A stretch of 64,000 nt of DNA from an uncultured bacterium (GCA_964410905.1 CAYPIR010000002.1:78665-142664); one strand, 5' to 3'; numbered from the stretch's first letter, positions 36,696-48,336 are shown. The notes: generated by a model from the sequence alone, not told the origin. A program made the numbers and translations.

Positions 36696-39600
36696 ATGCG
36701 CCTAAAAAAACTCGAAATCTTAGGGTTCAAGTCGTTTGCCGACAAAACAGAAATTGCCTTTGACAAGGGCGTGACTTGCATTGTCGGCCCTAACGGTTGT
36801 GGTAAGAGCAATGTGTCAGACGCTATCCGTTGGGTTTTGGGCGAACGCAGCGCGAAACTTTTACGCGGTTCAACAATGGAAGACGTGATTTTTAATGGAA
36901 CTGAAGTCCGCAAACCTCTGGCGTTTGCCGAAGTATCTCTAACCATCGATAACTCCGACCGCGGAATGCCCATTGATTACAACGAAGTTACTATTGCACG
37001 AAGACTATACCGCACTGGCGAAAGCGAATACCTTCTCAACAAAACTCAATGCCGTTTGAAAGACATACAAGACATTATTCTTGATACCGGCATTGGTTCT
37101 TCCTCATACTCAATGATTGAACAGGGAAGAATTGATTACATTCTAAAAGCGGATCCCGAAGAACGCCGATTTTTGATTGAAGAAGCCGCGGGCATCGCTA
37201 AATACAAAGTAAAAAAAGACGAATCAATTCGCAAACTTGACCGGACGGAAGACAACCTGAAACGTCTTCAGGATATCGTGTTTGAAGTTCAAAAAAATAT
37301 TCAATACGCTGAACGGCAAGCAAAACGCGCGGAAAAATACAAACTCGAACTAGAACGGTTAAAAACGCTTGAAGTCAAACGTGCCTTTTATCAACAAAAC
37401 CAAATAGAATCCGACCGTCAAAACCTTGCCAAAGACCTGCAGCACAAAAAAGACGCCCTAGCGGAGCTTGAAAATAATTTGCAGAAACAGCATCAATTTA
37501 TAGAAGAACAAGAAATGAAAGTTCGCTCGCTTGGGCAACGCTGTCATGTAAAAGAAGGCGAACGATACCAAGTGCTTTCGCAAATCGAAACTAATGAGCA
37601 AAAACTGCAATTTCTGCGTGATAAACGTCTTGAGCTAGCTCAGCAGCGAGGACAATTGCTTCAAGAACAAGAACAGCTGCGTAAAGAAATAGAACTTGCG
37701 ATAGCAAAAAAAATTGAATTAGAAGAACAAATTAAAACAAAAGAAAATGAAGCTGGTTTAGGCGAAACCAAATTCAACGAAACTGCCGAAAAACTAAAAT
37801 CTCATGAGATTTTAATAGCGTCCGCAAAAGAGGCGCTAGAGATTGCGAGACAAAGCTTTTTTGAAGCGGCGCAGTCGGCCACGCAAGCGCGGAATGAGTA
37901 TCACAGAATCAAAGCGCAAGGCGATAATTTTGAACACCAGCACAAACGTTTGGAAGCAAACGCGACGCGTCTTACGGGCATACTTTCAGGCTTCCAAGAA
38001 AAATTTCAACTCTGTTTACGATCTCTGGATGAAACAAACCTTTCTTTGCAGGAAACGCTTAGCGGGCATCAAGGGCTGCGGACAACTGTGCATGCTTTTG
38101 AACACGAACTCTTAGAAGCGGAAAAAAATGCTAATAACCTCCGCCTCGCGCTTAGCGAAAAAGAATCACGGCTTAAGACGCTTACTGAAATTGAAGGCGC
38201 CAGCGAGGAGTCATTTCATAATTTTTTGACGCAGGCGGCAATCGAAGTTCCTGGTCTTGTTCAAAGTCTTCAGGAAATCATAAAAGTTCAAGAGGGCTAC
38301 GAATGGGTAATTGATGTGGCGCTTGGCCAGTTTGCCCGTTCAATTGTAGTAAATGATGTCGCAGTCGCGAAAACACTGATCGCGCGCCTAAATTTCCGTA
38401 AAAATCTTTCCGCCGGAATAATAATGAAAACGTCGCGCAAACAAACTGAAATAAACTCTAGCGCCGAAACGCTTGGCTTTAAGCCCATGTCTCAATTTGT
38501 CCAAATAGCGGAAGGTTACGAAACTCTTTTTGACAATGTGTATATTTCCGAAACTTTTCCTCTTGAATCAATTGAAGCGTTTTTACAAGCGCCTCCGGCA
38601 AATTGGATTTCAAAAGACGGCTTGTTTCTTACATCTGATAGACGATTTTTTTATTGGGACGATCAAAACCGTTCCCGTTTCTTTTTCTCCCGTGAAGTAG
38701 AAATGAAGAAGCTCGGCGAAGATGTTGGCGCGATAAAAACACAGGTTAAAGAAAAAGATGAAAAGATTTCTTTTTTGCGGCAAGAATTAGACAGTTTGGA
38801 AAAACAATCTCAAGAAGTCGATGCCCAAAAAACTTCCGTCCTGATTGAAAAAGAATCTCTGGAAAATGAACATCGCAACATCACGGAACGACTTGGTAGC
38901 ATTCAAAAGGAAATTGAATTGTCAGCCGCGGAAATTGAACAAATAAAATTAGAAACCGAAAAAACTTTAATAAACGCGCAAAACGCGCAAAACGTTTTGA
39001 CGCAAAAAGAGCAGGATGAAAAATTATTTGTCGAAGCGCAAAAGAACAAAGAACGCGAACTTGAAAACGCCCTTCAAATTCGCGACGCGCTATTAAGCGA
39101 TGTCCGCCGCGCTCAAACGAATTTGGATCAATGCAAGCAGGGCATATTGCATTTAAAAGAATCTCTTCAAATGATAGAAGGCCATGCCGCGAAAGACAAA
39201 GACCGTCAGAACGCAATTACGCAAAATACTGCGCGTATCGCGGCAAAAGAAAAAGAATTGGACACAGAAGAGTCGACCTCCGCAAGACTTGCCGAAGACC
39301 TACAGCAAAAACTGCGCAGCATTGACGTTGAATTAGAGCTTTTGCATAAAGATTTGAAAGGGCAGGAAGACTCGTTGGCAGTTTTAAGAACCGCACTTGA
39401 AGAACTTATTCAAAATCAGAAAAAGATTCAGGAAGATGAACATCAAATTTCGATAAAACAAATGGATTTGGATTATAAAATAAAAAATATTGGGGAAAGA
39501 CTTTTGCAGCGTTATCGCTTAAATCTTTCCGAGCTAAACCCTCAAGATTACGCTTTTACCGAAGATGAACTCCCGTCATCCGAAGAAGCCCTCACAGCGC

Positions 39601-40319
39601 TTCAGGGAAAAGTTGAGGCGCTTGGAACGGTAAACCTACTTGCCATTGAGGAATATCAGGAGCTAAAACAGCGCTATGATTTCTTACTTGCACAGCAAAA
39701 AGACCTTGAAGATGCCCGCACAGAGCTGATGGAGGCAATACGCAAAATCAATCAGACAACAAAACAGCTTTTTGAAGATACATTTAAACAAGTCCAAGAG
39801 GCTTTTAAACAATATTATCAAATTTTATTTCGCGGCGGAGAAGCAAAGTTGTTTTTAGTCGATGAAGCGCATCCTCTTGAATCCGGCATAGACATTGTAG
39901 TTCGTCCTCCCGGAAAGAAATTTCAAAATATGTCTCTTCTTTCGGGCGGCGAAAAAGCAATGACTGCCGTGGCTCTTTTGTTTGCTCTTTTCAAAATTAA
40001 GCCTTCTCCGTTCAGTCTTTTGGACGAAATTGACGCGCCGCTTGATGAAGCGAATATAGATAGATTTCTCGCGGTATTAACAACATTTCTTGAGCAGTCG
40101 CAATTTATAATTATCACGCATAATCGAAAAACCATTTCTATGGGCAACTCGCTTTATGGCGTTACGATGCAAGAGCCAGGTATATCAAAAATAGTTTCTG
40201 TGAAAGTCCGCTCTGCCGCGGAGTCTATTACGGGCGGACATTCCGCGGTTACCACAGTTCAAGAAACCACAAGCGCAATTGAAAACGAAAAAGAAAATTC
40301 GGACACTGTCGCGGCTTGA
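36696..40319 (+). CDS. smc: chromosome segregation protein SMC
   Basis: Walker A GPNGCGKSN, long coiled coils, hinge, and the C-terminal signature LSGGEKAMTAVALLFAL…LDEIDAPLD. Confidence 0.9.
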   Translation: MRLKKLEILGFKSFADKTEIAFDKGVTCIVGPNGCGKSNVSDAIRWVLGERSAKLLRGSTMEDVIFNGTEVRKPLAFAEVSLTIDNSDRGMPIDYNEVTIARRLYRTGESEYLLNKTQCRLKDIQDIILDTGIGSSSYSMIEQGRIDYILKADPEERRFLIEEAAGIAKYKVKKDESIRKLDRTEDNLKRLQDIVFEVQKNIQYAERQAKRAEKYKLELERLKTLEVKRAFYQQNQIESDRQNLAKDLQHKKDALAELENNLQKQHQFIEEQEMKVRSLGQRCHVKEGERYQVLSQIETNEQKLQFLRDKRLELAQQRGQLLQEQEQLRKEIELAIAKKIELEEQIKTKENEAGLGETKFNETAEKLKSHEILIASAKEALEIARQSFFEAAQSATQARNEYHRIKAQGDNFEHQHKRLEANATRLTGILSGFQEKFQLCLRSLDETNLSLQETLSGHQGLRTTVHAFEHELLEAEKNANNLRLALSEKESRLKTLTEIEGASEESFHNFLTQAAIEVPGLVQSLQEIIKVQEGYEWVIDVALGQFARSIVVNDVAVAKTLIARLNFRKNLSAGIIMKTSRKQTEINSSAETLGFKPMSQFVQIAEGYETLFDNVYISETFPLESIEAFLQAPPANWISKDGLFLTSDRRFFYWDDQNRSRFFFSREVEMKKLGEDVGAIKTQVKEKDEKISFLRQELDSLEKQSQEVDAQKTSVLIEKESLENEHRNITERLGSIQKEIELSAAEIEQIKLETEKTLINAQNAQNVLTQKEQDEKLFVEAQKNKERELENALQIRDALLSDVRRAQTNLDQCKQGILHLKESLQMIEGHAAKDKDRQNAITQNTARIAAKEKELDTEESTSARLAEDLQQKLRSIDVELELLHKDLKGQEDSLAVLRTALEELIQNQKKIQEDEHQISIKQMDLDYKIKNIGERLLQRYRLNLSELNPQDYAFTEDELPSSEEALTALQGKVEALGTVNLLAIEEYQELKQRYDFLLAQQKDLEDARTELMEAIRKINQTTKQLFEDTFKQVQEAFKQYYQILFRGGEAKLFLVDEAHPLESGIDIVVRPPGKKFQNMSLLSGGEKAMTAVALLFALFKIKPSPFSLLDEIDAPLDEANIDRFLAVLTTFLEQSQFIIITHNRKTISMGNSLYGVTMQEPGISKIVSVKVRSAAESITGGHSAVTTVQETTSAIENEKENSDTVAA

Positions 40320-40855
40320 GTATTCCCAATTACCTCACACTTTTTAGAATTATTCTTACACCCGTATTCTTTATTGCGCTTGTTTCCTACGGTCCAGGAA
40401 AAGAACATCTTCGCCTAATAGCTCTTGTGGTGTTTGCGGTCGCGGCCGTTACGGACGCGCTTGACGGTATACTCGCAAGGTATTTAAAGCAGCGGACGCA
40501 GCTGGGACAAATGCTAGATCCTCTTGCCGACAAAGTTCTACTTGTAACCGCGTATATTGGCCTTCTTTTCGCGACTTCGCTTCCATATCGTCCACCGCTT
40601 TGGATAACAGTGTCAATATTATTTCGCGACATCATTTTGCTTATAGGCTTTTTTATACTTCATCTTGCGGGAAAAAAAATTGAAGTAGAACCAAACAAAT
40701 GGGGAAAAGTAACCACAACTTGTCAGATGCTGCTTCTTTGTTTTGTTTTGCTCGAATGGTCGCTCGCTGTTCCTATTGCGTATATCACAGCTATTCTTAC
40801 TATAGCCTCCGGCATTATATATCTCTCAAAAGGATTAAAATTTCTCAATGAATAA
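40316..40855 (+). CDS. pgsA: CDP-alcohol phosphatidyltransferase (phosphatidylglycerophosphate synthase-like)
   Basis: D…DALDG…(G)…DPLADK motif: DALDGILAR…GQMLDPLADK. Confidence 0.7.
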   Translation: MSIPNYLTLFRIILTPVFFIALVSYGPGKEHLRLIALVVFAVAAVTDALDGILARYLKQRTQLGQMLDPLADKVLLVTAYIGLLFATSLPYRPPLWITVSILFRDIILLIGFFILHLAGKKIEVEPNKWGKVTTTCQMLLLCFVLLEWSLAVPIAYITAILTIASGIIYLSKGLKFLNE

Positions 40856-41459
40856 TCTTATCTTAAGCCTTATTTTTATTGTTGTCGCTTACCTCTTGGG
40901 CTCAATTCCATTCGGACTCATAATAGGTTTTAAAATTGCGAAACTAGATATTCGTGAACACGGAAGCAAAAACATCGGCGCGACAAATGTGTCACGAGTG
41001 GTAGGAAAAAAATGGGGAATTATCGTTCTTGTTTTGGACGCGCTAAAAGGTTTGCTCGCCTGTCTTCTTCCGCTTTTTTTTGTTCAAAATATATCCATCC
41101 CTTTTCAATTGTTACTAGGCAGTACAGCAATACTTGGCCACAGTTTCCCAATATGGTTAAAGTTTAAGGGCGGAAAGGGAGTGGCAACATCCCTTGGGGT
41201 TTTTCTGGCTGTTGCATGGGCGCCAACGCTCATCACTTTTGGCCTCTGGATTATCGTTTTTGCTATATCTCACATAATTTCTTTTGCCTCGCTTATTGCC
41301 GCCGCGGTTTTCCCAATAGTAATAACTTTGAAATATTGGGGGACATCGGACTTAAAATATCTTCTTTCAATCAGCTTGTTGATTACTATTTTTATTTTTT
41401 ATACCCACCGTGCTAATATCCAGCGTTTGATTCGCCGCGAAGAAAAAAAACTTTTCTAA
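40848..41459 (+). CDS. plsY: glycerol-3-phosphate acyltransferase PlsY
   Basis: GSIPFGLIIG…REHGSKNIGATNVSRVVGKKWG. Confidence 0.8.
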   Translation: MNNLILSLIFIVVAYLLGSIPFGLIIGFKIAKLDIREHGSKNIGATNVSRVVGKKWGIIVLVLDALKGLLACLLPLFFVQNISIPFQLLLGSTAILGHSFPIWLKFKGGKGVATSLGVFLAVAWAPTLITFGLWIIVFAISHIISFASLIAAAVFPIVITLKYWGTSDLKYLLSISLLITIFIFYTHRANIQRLIRREEKKLF

Positions 41460-41596
41460 GAAATTCTTGATAATTATTTATTTTCATATATAATATGCAA
41501 ATAAATAAAATGCTATTGACAAATATCGTGTTTTAACTTTACAGTAAACAACTTGATCGATAGAATTGCGAACCTATTTTAAAAGGAGAAGGATTT

Positions 41597-42664
41597 ATGA
41601 GCGAACGTAAAAAAACCGAAAAAACTAGTCCCGTAGCCGACAGCAAAAAGACTTCGGAAAGACAAAAAGCATTAGATCTCGCGCTCTTACAAATTGAGAA
41701 GCAATTTGGCAAAGGCTCTATTATGAAATTAGGCGATCAGCATCACGAAAATGTCGCTTCAATTCCCACAAACGCTCTAAGTCTTGACATTGCCACAGGC
41801 GTTGGAGGAGTTCCGCGTGGCCGAATTGTTGAAATCTATGGTCCTGAGTCGGGAGGCAAAACAACTCTCACACTCAATATCGTTGCCAGAATTCAATCGC
41901 AAGGCGGGGTTGCCGCGTTTATAGATGCCGAACACGCTTTAGATCCTCAATACGCTCAAAAAATCGGTGTAAAAGTAGACGAGCTTTTAATCTCTCAACC
42001 CGACTCTGGCGAGCAGGCTCTTCAAATCGCCGAAATGCTTGTCAGGTCAAACGCGGTGGATTTAATTATTGTGGACTCTGTCGCGGCTCTTGTTCCGAAG
42101 GCTGAAATTGAAGGAGATATGGGACAAGCTCAAATGGGTCTTCAAGCGCGCCTTATGTCGCAAGCGATGCGAAAACTCACGGCTATTATAAGCAAATCAA
42201 AAAGCTGCATTATTTTTATAAATCAATTGCGGGAAAAAATTGGCGTAATGTTTGGAAATCCTGAAACCACACCGGGTGGAAAAGCCCTCAAATTTTTTGC
42301 CTCTATGCGTCTTGATATTCGTCGCATCGCCAGTCTCAAAAAAGGCGACGCCGTAGTGGGGAATAGGGTTCGCGTAAAGGTTGTAAAAAATAAAGTCGCG
42401 GCGCCGTTTAGACAAGCCGAATTTGACATACTTTTTGAAGAAGGAATTTCGCGGTCGGCAAATGTCTTGGAATTAGGCGTTCAGTATCAAGTTATAGAGA
42501 AATCGGGAACTTGGCTTTCGTATGGAGATCACAAATTAGGCCAAGGCAAAGACGCGGCGAGAGCGTTTTTAAAAGAAAATCCCAAATTACTTGAAGAGAT
42601 TGAAAAGAAAATTTTGGAAAAAGTCGCGGCAGGTGAAAGCGCACTTGAAATAACAGAATCTTAA
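41597..42664 (+). CDS. recA: recombinase RecA
   Basis: [27 protein letters not shown]. Confidence 0.95.
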   Translation: MSERKKTEKTSPVADSKKTSERQKALDLALLQIEKQFGKGSIMKLGDQHHENVASIPTNALSLDIATGVGGVPRGRIVEIYGPESGGKTTLTLNIVARIQSQGGVAAFIDAEHALDPQYAQKIGVKVDELLISQPDSGEQALQIAEMLVRSNAVDLIIVDSVAALVPKAEIEGDMGQAQMGLQARLMSQAMRKLTAIISKSKSCIIFINQLREKIGVMFGNPETTPGGKALKFFASMRLDIRRIASLKKGDAVVGNRVRVKVVKNKVAAPFRQAEFDILFEEGISRSANVLELGVQYQVIEKSGTWLSYGDHKLGQGKDAARAFLKENPKLLEEIEKKILEKVAAGESALEITES

Positions 42665-42696
42665 TAAACTTTGTTGCTTTAACTTTTCTGTATTTT

Positions 42697-43188
42697 ATGG
42701 ATAATTTTGTCAATCAAGCGTTAATCACATCGCTTCGCCTACTTGCTTCGAGTCCGAAAAGTGAAGCCGAGCTCCGAAAACGCCTTACGCAAAAGGGATT
42801 TCCTTCTGCGCCCATCGAACAAGCATTGCAAAATCTGCGGGGAAAAGGCGTTTTAAGTGATGAAAATTACGCGCAAGACCTTTTGACGAATTTGTTTAGA
42901 ATTAAGGGTGAGGGACGCCGCCGAATAGCTTTTGAAATGAAGCGTCGCGGACTGTCGCAAAAAACACAAAATTTGGTTTTATCAAAAATAACTGAGAAAG
43001 ACGAAATCGACAAAGCGTTTGAAATCGCTCGGAATAAATTCGCGAGTTTCAAGTCCGTTGATGAACAAAAACAAAAAAAACGTTTATACGACTTCTTGAT
43101 GCGAAAAGGATATGACTTCGGCATTGCAAAAGAAGTAACGGAAAAAGTAATAAAAACCTCAAAGGAAACTGACAACGAAGAACTATGA
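42697..43188 (+). CDS. recX: RecA regulator RecX
   Basis: 163-aa helical repeat protein immediately after recA, with RecX-like repeats. Confidence 0.65.
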   Translation: MDNFVNQALITSLRLLASSPKSEAELRKRLTQKGFPSAPIEQALQNLRGKGVLSDENYAQDLLTNLFRIKGEGRRRIAFEMKRRGLSQKTQNLVLSKITEKDEIDKAFEIARNKFASFKSVDEQKQKKRLYDFLMRKGYDFGIAKEVTEKVIKTSKETDNEEL

Positions 43189-45809
43189 AAACCGGAACAG
43201 ACGAACTCAGAAGCGCCTTCCTCGAATTTTTCAAATCCAAAAACCACACATATGTCAAAAGCGATTCATTAGTTCCACAAAATGATCCTTCGCTTCTTTT
43301 TACCGGCGCGGGAATGAATCAATTTAAAGAATATTTTCTTGGCGTAAAAAAAGATTTAAAACGAGCCGCGACTTCGCAAAAATGCCTAAGGACGGGCGAC
43401 CTTGACGAAGTTGGAAAAACTCCTTTTCATCATTCTTTTTTTGAAATGTTAGGTAATTTTTCTTTTGGCGATTATTTTAAAAAAGACGCGATTGCTTGGG
43501 CTTGGGAATTTTTGACCGTTTCTCTCGGCATCGATAAAAACAGACTCAGAGTAACCGTTCACAAAGACGATTCTGAGGCGTTTGATATTTGGACTAAAGA
43601 AATTGGTCTCCCCAAAGACTGGTTGTTTTTGTGCGGCGACAAATCAAACTTTTGGCCTGCGAACGCGCCGTCAGATGGCCCGAACGGTCCATGCGGCCCG
43701 TGTTCTGAAATTTATTATGACCAAAATCCTCAAATAAACGGAACGCCTATTGACAATTCGGGTAAATACGCGGAAATTTGGAATCTTGTTTTTACGCAAT
43801 ACGATCGACAAGACGGCGGCAAATTAGTTCCTCTGGCGCAAAAAAACATTGATACGGGTATGGGTCTGGAGCGGCTAGCGTGTGTTCTACAAAGCAAGAC
43901 TTCCAATTTTGAAATTGATATTTTTCAGCCGATTCATCAAGCAATTTTAAAAGCATTGTCAATCAAACTTTCCGCGTCTGATATAAAGAAAATTTATCCA
44001 ATTTCAGACCACTTGCGCGCTGTGGTTTTTTCGATCGCCGATGGAGTAATTCCATCCAACGAAGGCCGCGGCTATGTCATTCGCAAACTTATTCGCCGGG
44101 CATTTTGGCGGGCGTATGAACTTTTAGACGCGAACGCGAAACAAAAACTCACTTCATTTTTGCATAAGGCTGTCCTTTCCGTCGCGGACGTAATGAAAAA
44201 AACTTATCCCGAAATCCACGAAGCGCAAGACAGCATTCAATCAGTCTTATCACAAGAAGAAGAGCGTTTTGCGGCAAACTTAAAAGACGGACTAGGGATT
44301 TTATCAAAGCATTTGCAAAAACTGGAAGACAGCTCCCAAAAAGTTGTACCCGGCAAAATCGCGTTTGAACTGTATGACACCTACGGCTTTCCCGTGGAAC
44401 TTACGCGCGATGTGGCGGAGCAAAAAAAGTTTGTCATTGATTTTGAAAGTTTTGAGAAGTTGATGGAAGAACAGCGGGCGCGCTCAAAAGAAGGCAGTAA
44501 AATATCCGCTAAAATATTTGCGAGCTCAGGACTGGATAAAATTCCATCTCAGACTCCGCCAACAAATTTTCAAGGCTACGACACGCTTGAAACAACTTCT
44601 AAAATACTTTGGTATCAAACATCGGGCAAACAAGCTACTGTAATTTTGGACACTACGCCTTTTTATGCTGAAAGCGGCGGACAAGTCGGCGACAAAGGAA
44701 TAATTGAAGGCGAAAATTTTAAATTAAAAGTCTTTGATACAAAAAAACTCGATAGGTATTTTTTGCATCAAGCTGAAATCACTAACGGTGAAATTCGTGA
44801 CAATGCGACGGTTAACGCGAAAGTGGAAATCCCAAGGCGTGAAAACATAATGCGCAATCACACGGCAACGCATCTTTTGCACGCGGCTTTACGCGAAACG
44901 CTTGGGGTATCAGTCCGTCAGCTTGGTTCATTAGTAACGCCTGAAAGATTCCGCTTCGACTTCTCTTTTGGAAGGGCTTTAGCAGATGAAGAAATACAAA
45001 AAATTGAGACGATTGTAAATCGTGAAATCTTAAAATGCATACCAGTTAAGAAGGAGACTAAGACATTAGACGAAGCGAAAAAAGGCGGGGCGCTCGCATT
45101 TTTCGGTGATAAATACGACGACAGCGTTCGCATGATTACGATCCCTGGATTCAGCAAAGAACTTTGCGGCGGAACTCACTGCGACAACACCGGACAAATT
45201 GGTTCGTTCGTAATTTTAAGTGAATCTTCTGTGGCTAGCGGCGTTAGACGCATTGAAGCGTTTACGGGAAATTCCGTTTTGGATTATATTCATACACTTC
45301 AAGACCAACTTTCTCAAATATCAAAAATGTTAAAAGTGAGCGCGGCAGACATTCCCACTCGAATCGGGAAAATGCTCGAAACCGCTAAGGCAAAAAAGAA
45401 ATCGGAAGGACAAAACGCGCTGAATACTATCGACATTAAAACTCTCGCGAAAAAAAGCGTGGGCGGCGGAGAAGTCAAAGTTTTTGTAGATTCTTTTAAC
45501 GGTATTGGAATCGACGGGATCAGAGAGCTTGCGGCGCGCATCAGAGAAGAAACCAGCAAACTAATTTTTGTGATTGCCGCTATCGAGGACGAGAAATTGA
45601 GCGTAATAACCGGCGTTACTTCAGATATTGTCAAAAACGGTTTTGATGCTCGCGTTATTTTTAAAACTTTTTCAGGAATACTTGGTATAAACGGCGGCGG
45701 AAAATCTGATATTGTTCAGGCGGGCGGAGCGTTTCAGGGAGATTTTTTATTGGTAAAGCCCAACATAGAAAAAGCCGTTCTTTTATATCTAAAAGAAAAG
45801 GGAATTTAA
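43185..45809 (+). CDS. alaS: alanine--tRNA ligase
   Basis: 874 aa. FTGAGMNQFK, editing domain, HxxxH…CGGTH, C-terminal DHHA1. Confidence 0.9.
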   Translation: MKTGTDELRSAFLEFFKSKNHTYVKSDSLVPQNDPSLLFTGAGMNQFKEYFLGVKKDLKRAATSQKCLRTGDLDEVGKTPFHHSFFEMLGNFSFGDYFKKDAIAWAWEFLTVSLGIDKNRLRVTVHKDDSEAFDIWTKEIGLPKDWLFLCGDKSNFWPANAPSDGPNGPCGPCSEIYYDQNPQINGTPIDNSGKYAEIWNLVFTQYDRQDGGKLVPLAQKNIDTGMGLERLACVLQSKTSNFEIDIFQPIHQAILKALSIKLSASDIKKIYPISDHLRAVVFSIADGVIPSNEGRGYVIRKLIRRAFWRAYELLDANAKQKLTSFLHKAVLSVADVMKKTYPEIHEAQDSIQSVLSQEEERFAANLKDGLGILSKHLQKLEDSSQKVVPGKIAFELYDTYGFPVELTRDVAEQKKFVIDFESFEKLMEEQRARSKEGSKISAKIFASSGLDKIPSQTPPTNFQGYDTLETTSKILWYQTSGKQATVILDTTPFYAESGGQVGDKGIIEGENFKLKVFDTKKLDRYFLHQAEITNGEIRDNATVNAKVEIPRRENIMRNHTATHLLHAALRETLGVSVRQLGSLVTPERFRFDFSFGRALADEEIQKIETIVNREILKCIPVKKETKTLDEAKKGGALAFFGDKYDDSVRMITIPGFSKELCGGTHCDNTGQIGSFVILSESSVASGVRRIEAFTGNSVLDYIHTLQDQLSQISKMLKVSAADIPTRIGKMLETAKAKKKSEGQNALNTIDIKTLAKKSVGGGEVKVFVDSFNGIGIDGIRELAARIREETSKLIFVIAAIEDEKLSVITGVTSDIVKNGFDARVIFKTFSGILGINGGGKSDIVQAGGAFQGDFLLVKPNIEKAVLLYLKEKGI

Positions 45810-45812
45810 GAC

Positions 45813-47066
45813 GTGCAATTGCTTCATTGGGATAAAACAACACAAAAAAAAGTTCTCCGCGACTACGCCACTTTTTTTGATCCGGCAATAGCAAAAAAAG
45901 TTGGCAAAATCCTCTCTGATGTTCGCCAATCGGGCGATTCCGCCATTCGTCGCTATACAAGGGAATTTGACGGTATAAATCTTCCTCTAAAACGACTTTC
46001 TGTTACCGAGGGCGACATTAACCGAGCCTTTGAGAAAATTCGAGTTCAATTTGTGCCTCTTTTAAAACAAATAAAAGAAAATGTTCAGGAATATTATGAA
46101 CGCGAATTAAAACAATCATTTAATATATCGGGCAAAGACGGCGTGGAACTCGGCAAAAGATACAAGGCTCTTGACCGAGTTGGGATTTATATACCGGCTG
46201 GAACCGCGCCTCTTGTATCCACCGTTTACATGACAGTAATTCCGGCTAAAGTCGCCGGCGTTCGAGAAATTGTTCTTGTTTCACCTCCGCGAAAAGACAC
46301 GGGCGATATTGATCCGCATATTCTTGCCGTCGCTAATCTTTTGGGCATAAATGAAATTTATCGAGTGGGCGGAGTTCAAGCGATAGGCGCGTTAGCATTT
46401 GGAACAAAAACTATAGCAAAAGTTGATAAAATTGTTGGGCCCGGAAATTCCTATGTTACCGAAGCAAAACGACAAGTCTACGGTTTTGTTGATATTGACA
46501 TGGTGGCTGGTCCAAGTGAGGTTGCGATTATTGCTGACGACACGGCTAATCCCGATTATGTAACCTGCGATTTGCTCGCCCAAACAGAACACAATGGAGG
46601 GATGTGTTATCTAATAACACCTTCTAAAAAACTTGCCGAAACAATGAAAAAAAGAGTCGATTCCGGAACGATTATTATGGTCAAATCCATTGCCGAAGCT
46701 GTCGAGGCCGCAAACGCCATTGCCGCCGAACATTTAGAAATCATGACCGAAGAACCCAACAAAGTTGCCGAGTCAATACGGCATGCGGGCGCTGTTTTTA
46801 TCGGCGACTATTCTCCGACTGTTATCGGCGATTACTTCGCGGGTCCAAGCCATGTTTTGCCAACAGGCGGAACAGCAAGATATTTTTCGCCGTTAAGCGC
46901 CTCAACATTCATAAAAAGCTCACAACTTATTCACTATACCCCCGAAGCATTAAAGAGCGCGCAGGAACATGTGCGAATGCTCACTGATATGGAAGGACTT
47001 TTCTTACACAAGATTTCTCTTGATGCTCGCCTTATAAAGCGTGAAGACGCATCTCAAAAAGGATAA
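45813..47066 (+). CDS. hisD: histidinol dehydrogenase
   Basis: GTG start 3 nt after alaS. HisD motifs (…DMVAGPSEVAIIAD…). Confidence 0.85.
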   Translation: MQLLHWDKTTQKKVLRDYATFFDPAIAKKVGKILSDVRQSGDSAIRRYTREFDGINLPLKRLSVTEGDINRAFEKIRVQFVPLLKQIKENVQEYYERELKQSFNISGKDGVELGKRYKALDRVGIYIPAGTAPLVSTVYMTVIPAKVAGVREIVLVSPPRKDTGDIDPHILAVANLLGINEIYRVGGVQAIGALAFGTKTIAKVDKIVGPGNSYVTEAKRQVYGFVDIDMVAGPSEVAIIADDTANPDYVTCDLLAQTEHNGGMCYLITPSKKLAETMKKRVDSGTIIMVKSIAEAVEAANAIAAEHLEIMTEEPNKVAESIRHAGAVFIGDYSPTVIGDYFAGPSHVLPTGGTARYFSPLSASTFIKSSQLIHYTPEALKSAQEHVRMLTDMEGLFLHKISLDARLIKREDASQKG

Positions 47067-47069
47067 AAA

Positions 47070-47666
47070 ATGCCCATACGCAAAGCCAAAATTAGTAGAA
47101 AAACAGCTGAAACAAATATCCAAGCCGAGTTCGTCATAGACGGTGAAGGAAAATCAAAAATAGACACACAAATTCCTTTTCTCGACCATATGCTTACGCT
47201 TCTCGCAAAACATGGACTTTTCAATATAAACCTAAAAGCACGCGGCGATCTTGAGGTTGATATTCATCATACAAACGAAGATATAGGAATATCTCTGGGG
47301 ACCGCGTTTGCTAAGGCTTTGGGCAACAAAAAAGGGATTCGCCGATATGGTTCTTTTGCTGTTCCTATGGATGAAGCGCTCGTTAGAGTTACCCTTGATA
47401 TTTCGGGCCGTCCATCGTTTTTTATTACCAAAGCAAAAGGCGTCCGTCTTACAAGGCAGCCGCAATATACATACGAAGATGCCATAGATTTAACACGCTC
47501 ATTTGCCCAAAACGCCGGAATAAATATGCACATAGGAGTTTTGGGGGGAGAAGACACACATCATATCGTTGAAGGAATTTTTAAAGGGTTAGCCAAAGCG
47601 CTTGATATGGCGACTTCAATCGACGCAAGAGTAAAGGGCGTTCCTTCTACAAAAGGTAAGTTGTAA
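47070..47666 (+). CDS. hisB: imidazoleglycerol-phosphate dehydratase
   Basis: RKTAETNI…DHMLT…GDLEVDIHH. Confidence 0.85.
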   Translation: MPIRKAKISRKTAETNIQAEFVIDGEGKSKIDTQIPFLDHMLTLLAKHGLFNINLKARGDLEVDIHHTNEDIGISLGTAFAKALGNKKGIRRYGSFAVPMDEALVRVTLDISGRPSFFITKAKGVRLTRQPQYTYEDAIDLTRSFAQNAGINMHIGVLGGEDTHHIVEGIFKGLAKALDMATSIDARVKGVPSTKGKL

Positions 47667-47724
47667 AAATAATTTTTATTTGTTTTGCAAAAAAAATAAC
47701 CATCGCAAACAATAAGCACTCCAT

Positions 47725-48336
47725 ATGATAGCCATCATCGATTACGGAATGGGCAATTTAAAAAGCGTTCAGAAGGCCTTTGACTATCTTGGCGCGAAAA
47801 CGAAACTTTGCTTTAAAGGCAGCGAAATATCAAAATCCACGAAAGTTATTTTGCCCGGCGTAGGCGCGTTTGGCGATGCCATGAAAGAAATAAAAGCACG
47901 CGGTTTTATTGAACCATTAAGAGATATGGTTAGCAAAAAAAATACGAAAATCATGGGCGTATGCTTGGGTCTTCAACTTTTTTTTGAATCAAGCGAAGAG
48001 TCGCCGAGAATAAAAGGGCTTGGTTTGTTGAAAGGTAAGGTTATTCGCTTTCGTTCTAAAACGGAAAAAATACCGCATATGGGCTGGAATGATTTAATAA
48101 TAAATCAAAAGCATCCAATGCTTCACAATGTAACCAGCGGACAATATTTTTATTTTGTTCATTCGTATTTTGCAAAGCCTAAGGCGAAATCGGCCGCACT
48201 TGCCTGCTGCAATTACGGAAAAGAAACTTTTGCCGCGGTTGTCGGTAACGAAAATCTTTTTGCCACGCAATTCCATCCTGAAAAAAGCCAAGATGTCGGA
48301 TTACGAATTTTAAAAAATTTTATTGACTGGAAATAA
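47725..48336 (+). CDS. hisH: imidazole glycerol phosphate synthase, glutaminase subunit
   Basis: MIAIIDYGMGNL…GVCLGLQ…QFHPEKS. Confidence 0.85.
   Translation: MIAIIDYGMGNLKSVQKAFDYLGAKTKLCFKGSEISKSTKVILPGVGAFGDAMKEIKARGFIEPLRDMVSKKNTKIMGVCLGLQLFFESSEESPRIKGLGLLKGKVIRFRSKTEKIPHMGWNDLIINQKHPMLHNVTSGQYFYFVHSYFAKPKAKSAALACCNYGKETFAAVVGNENLFATQFHPEKSQDVGLRILKNFIDWK

Noticed and set aside
41516-41560. SOS/LexA box upstream of recA
   Set aside because: A TTGACA -35 is present, but no CTGT-N8-ACAG or GAAC-N4-GTTC operator. Only a short ATCGAT palindrome, which is insufficient evidence.
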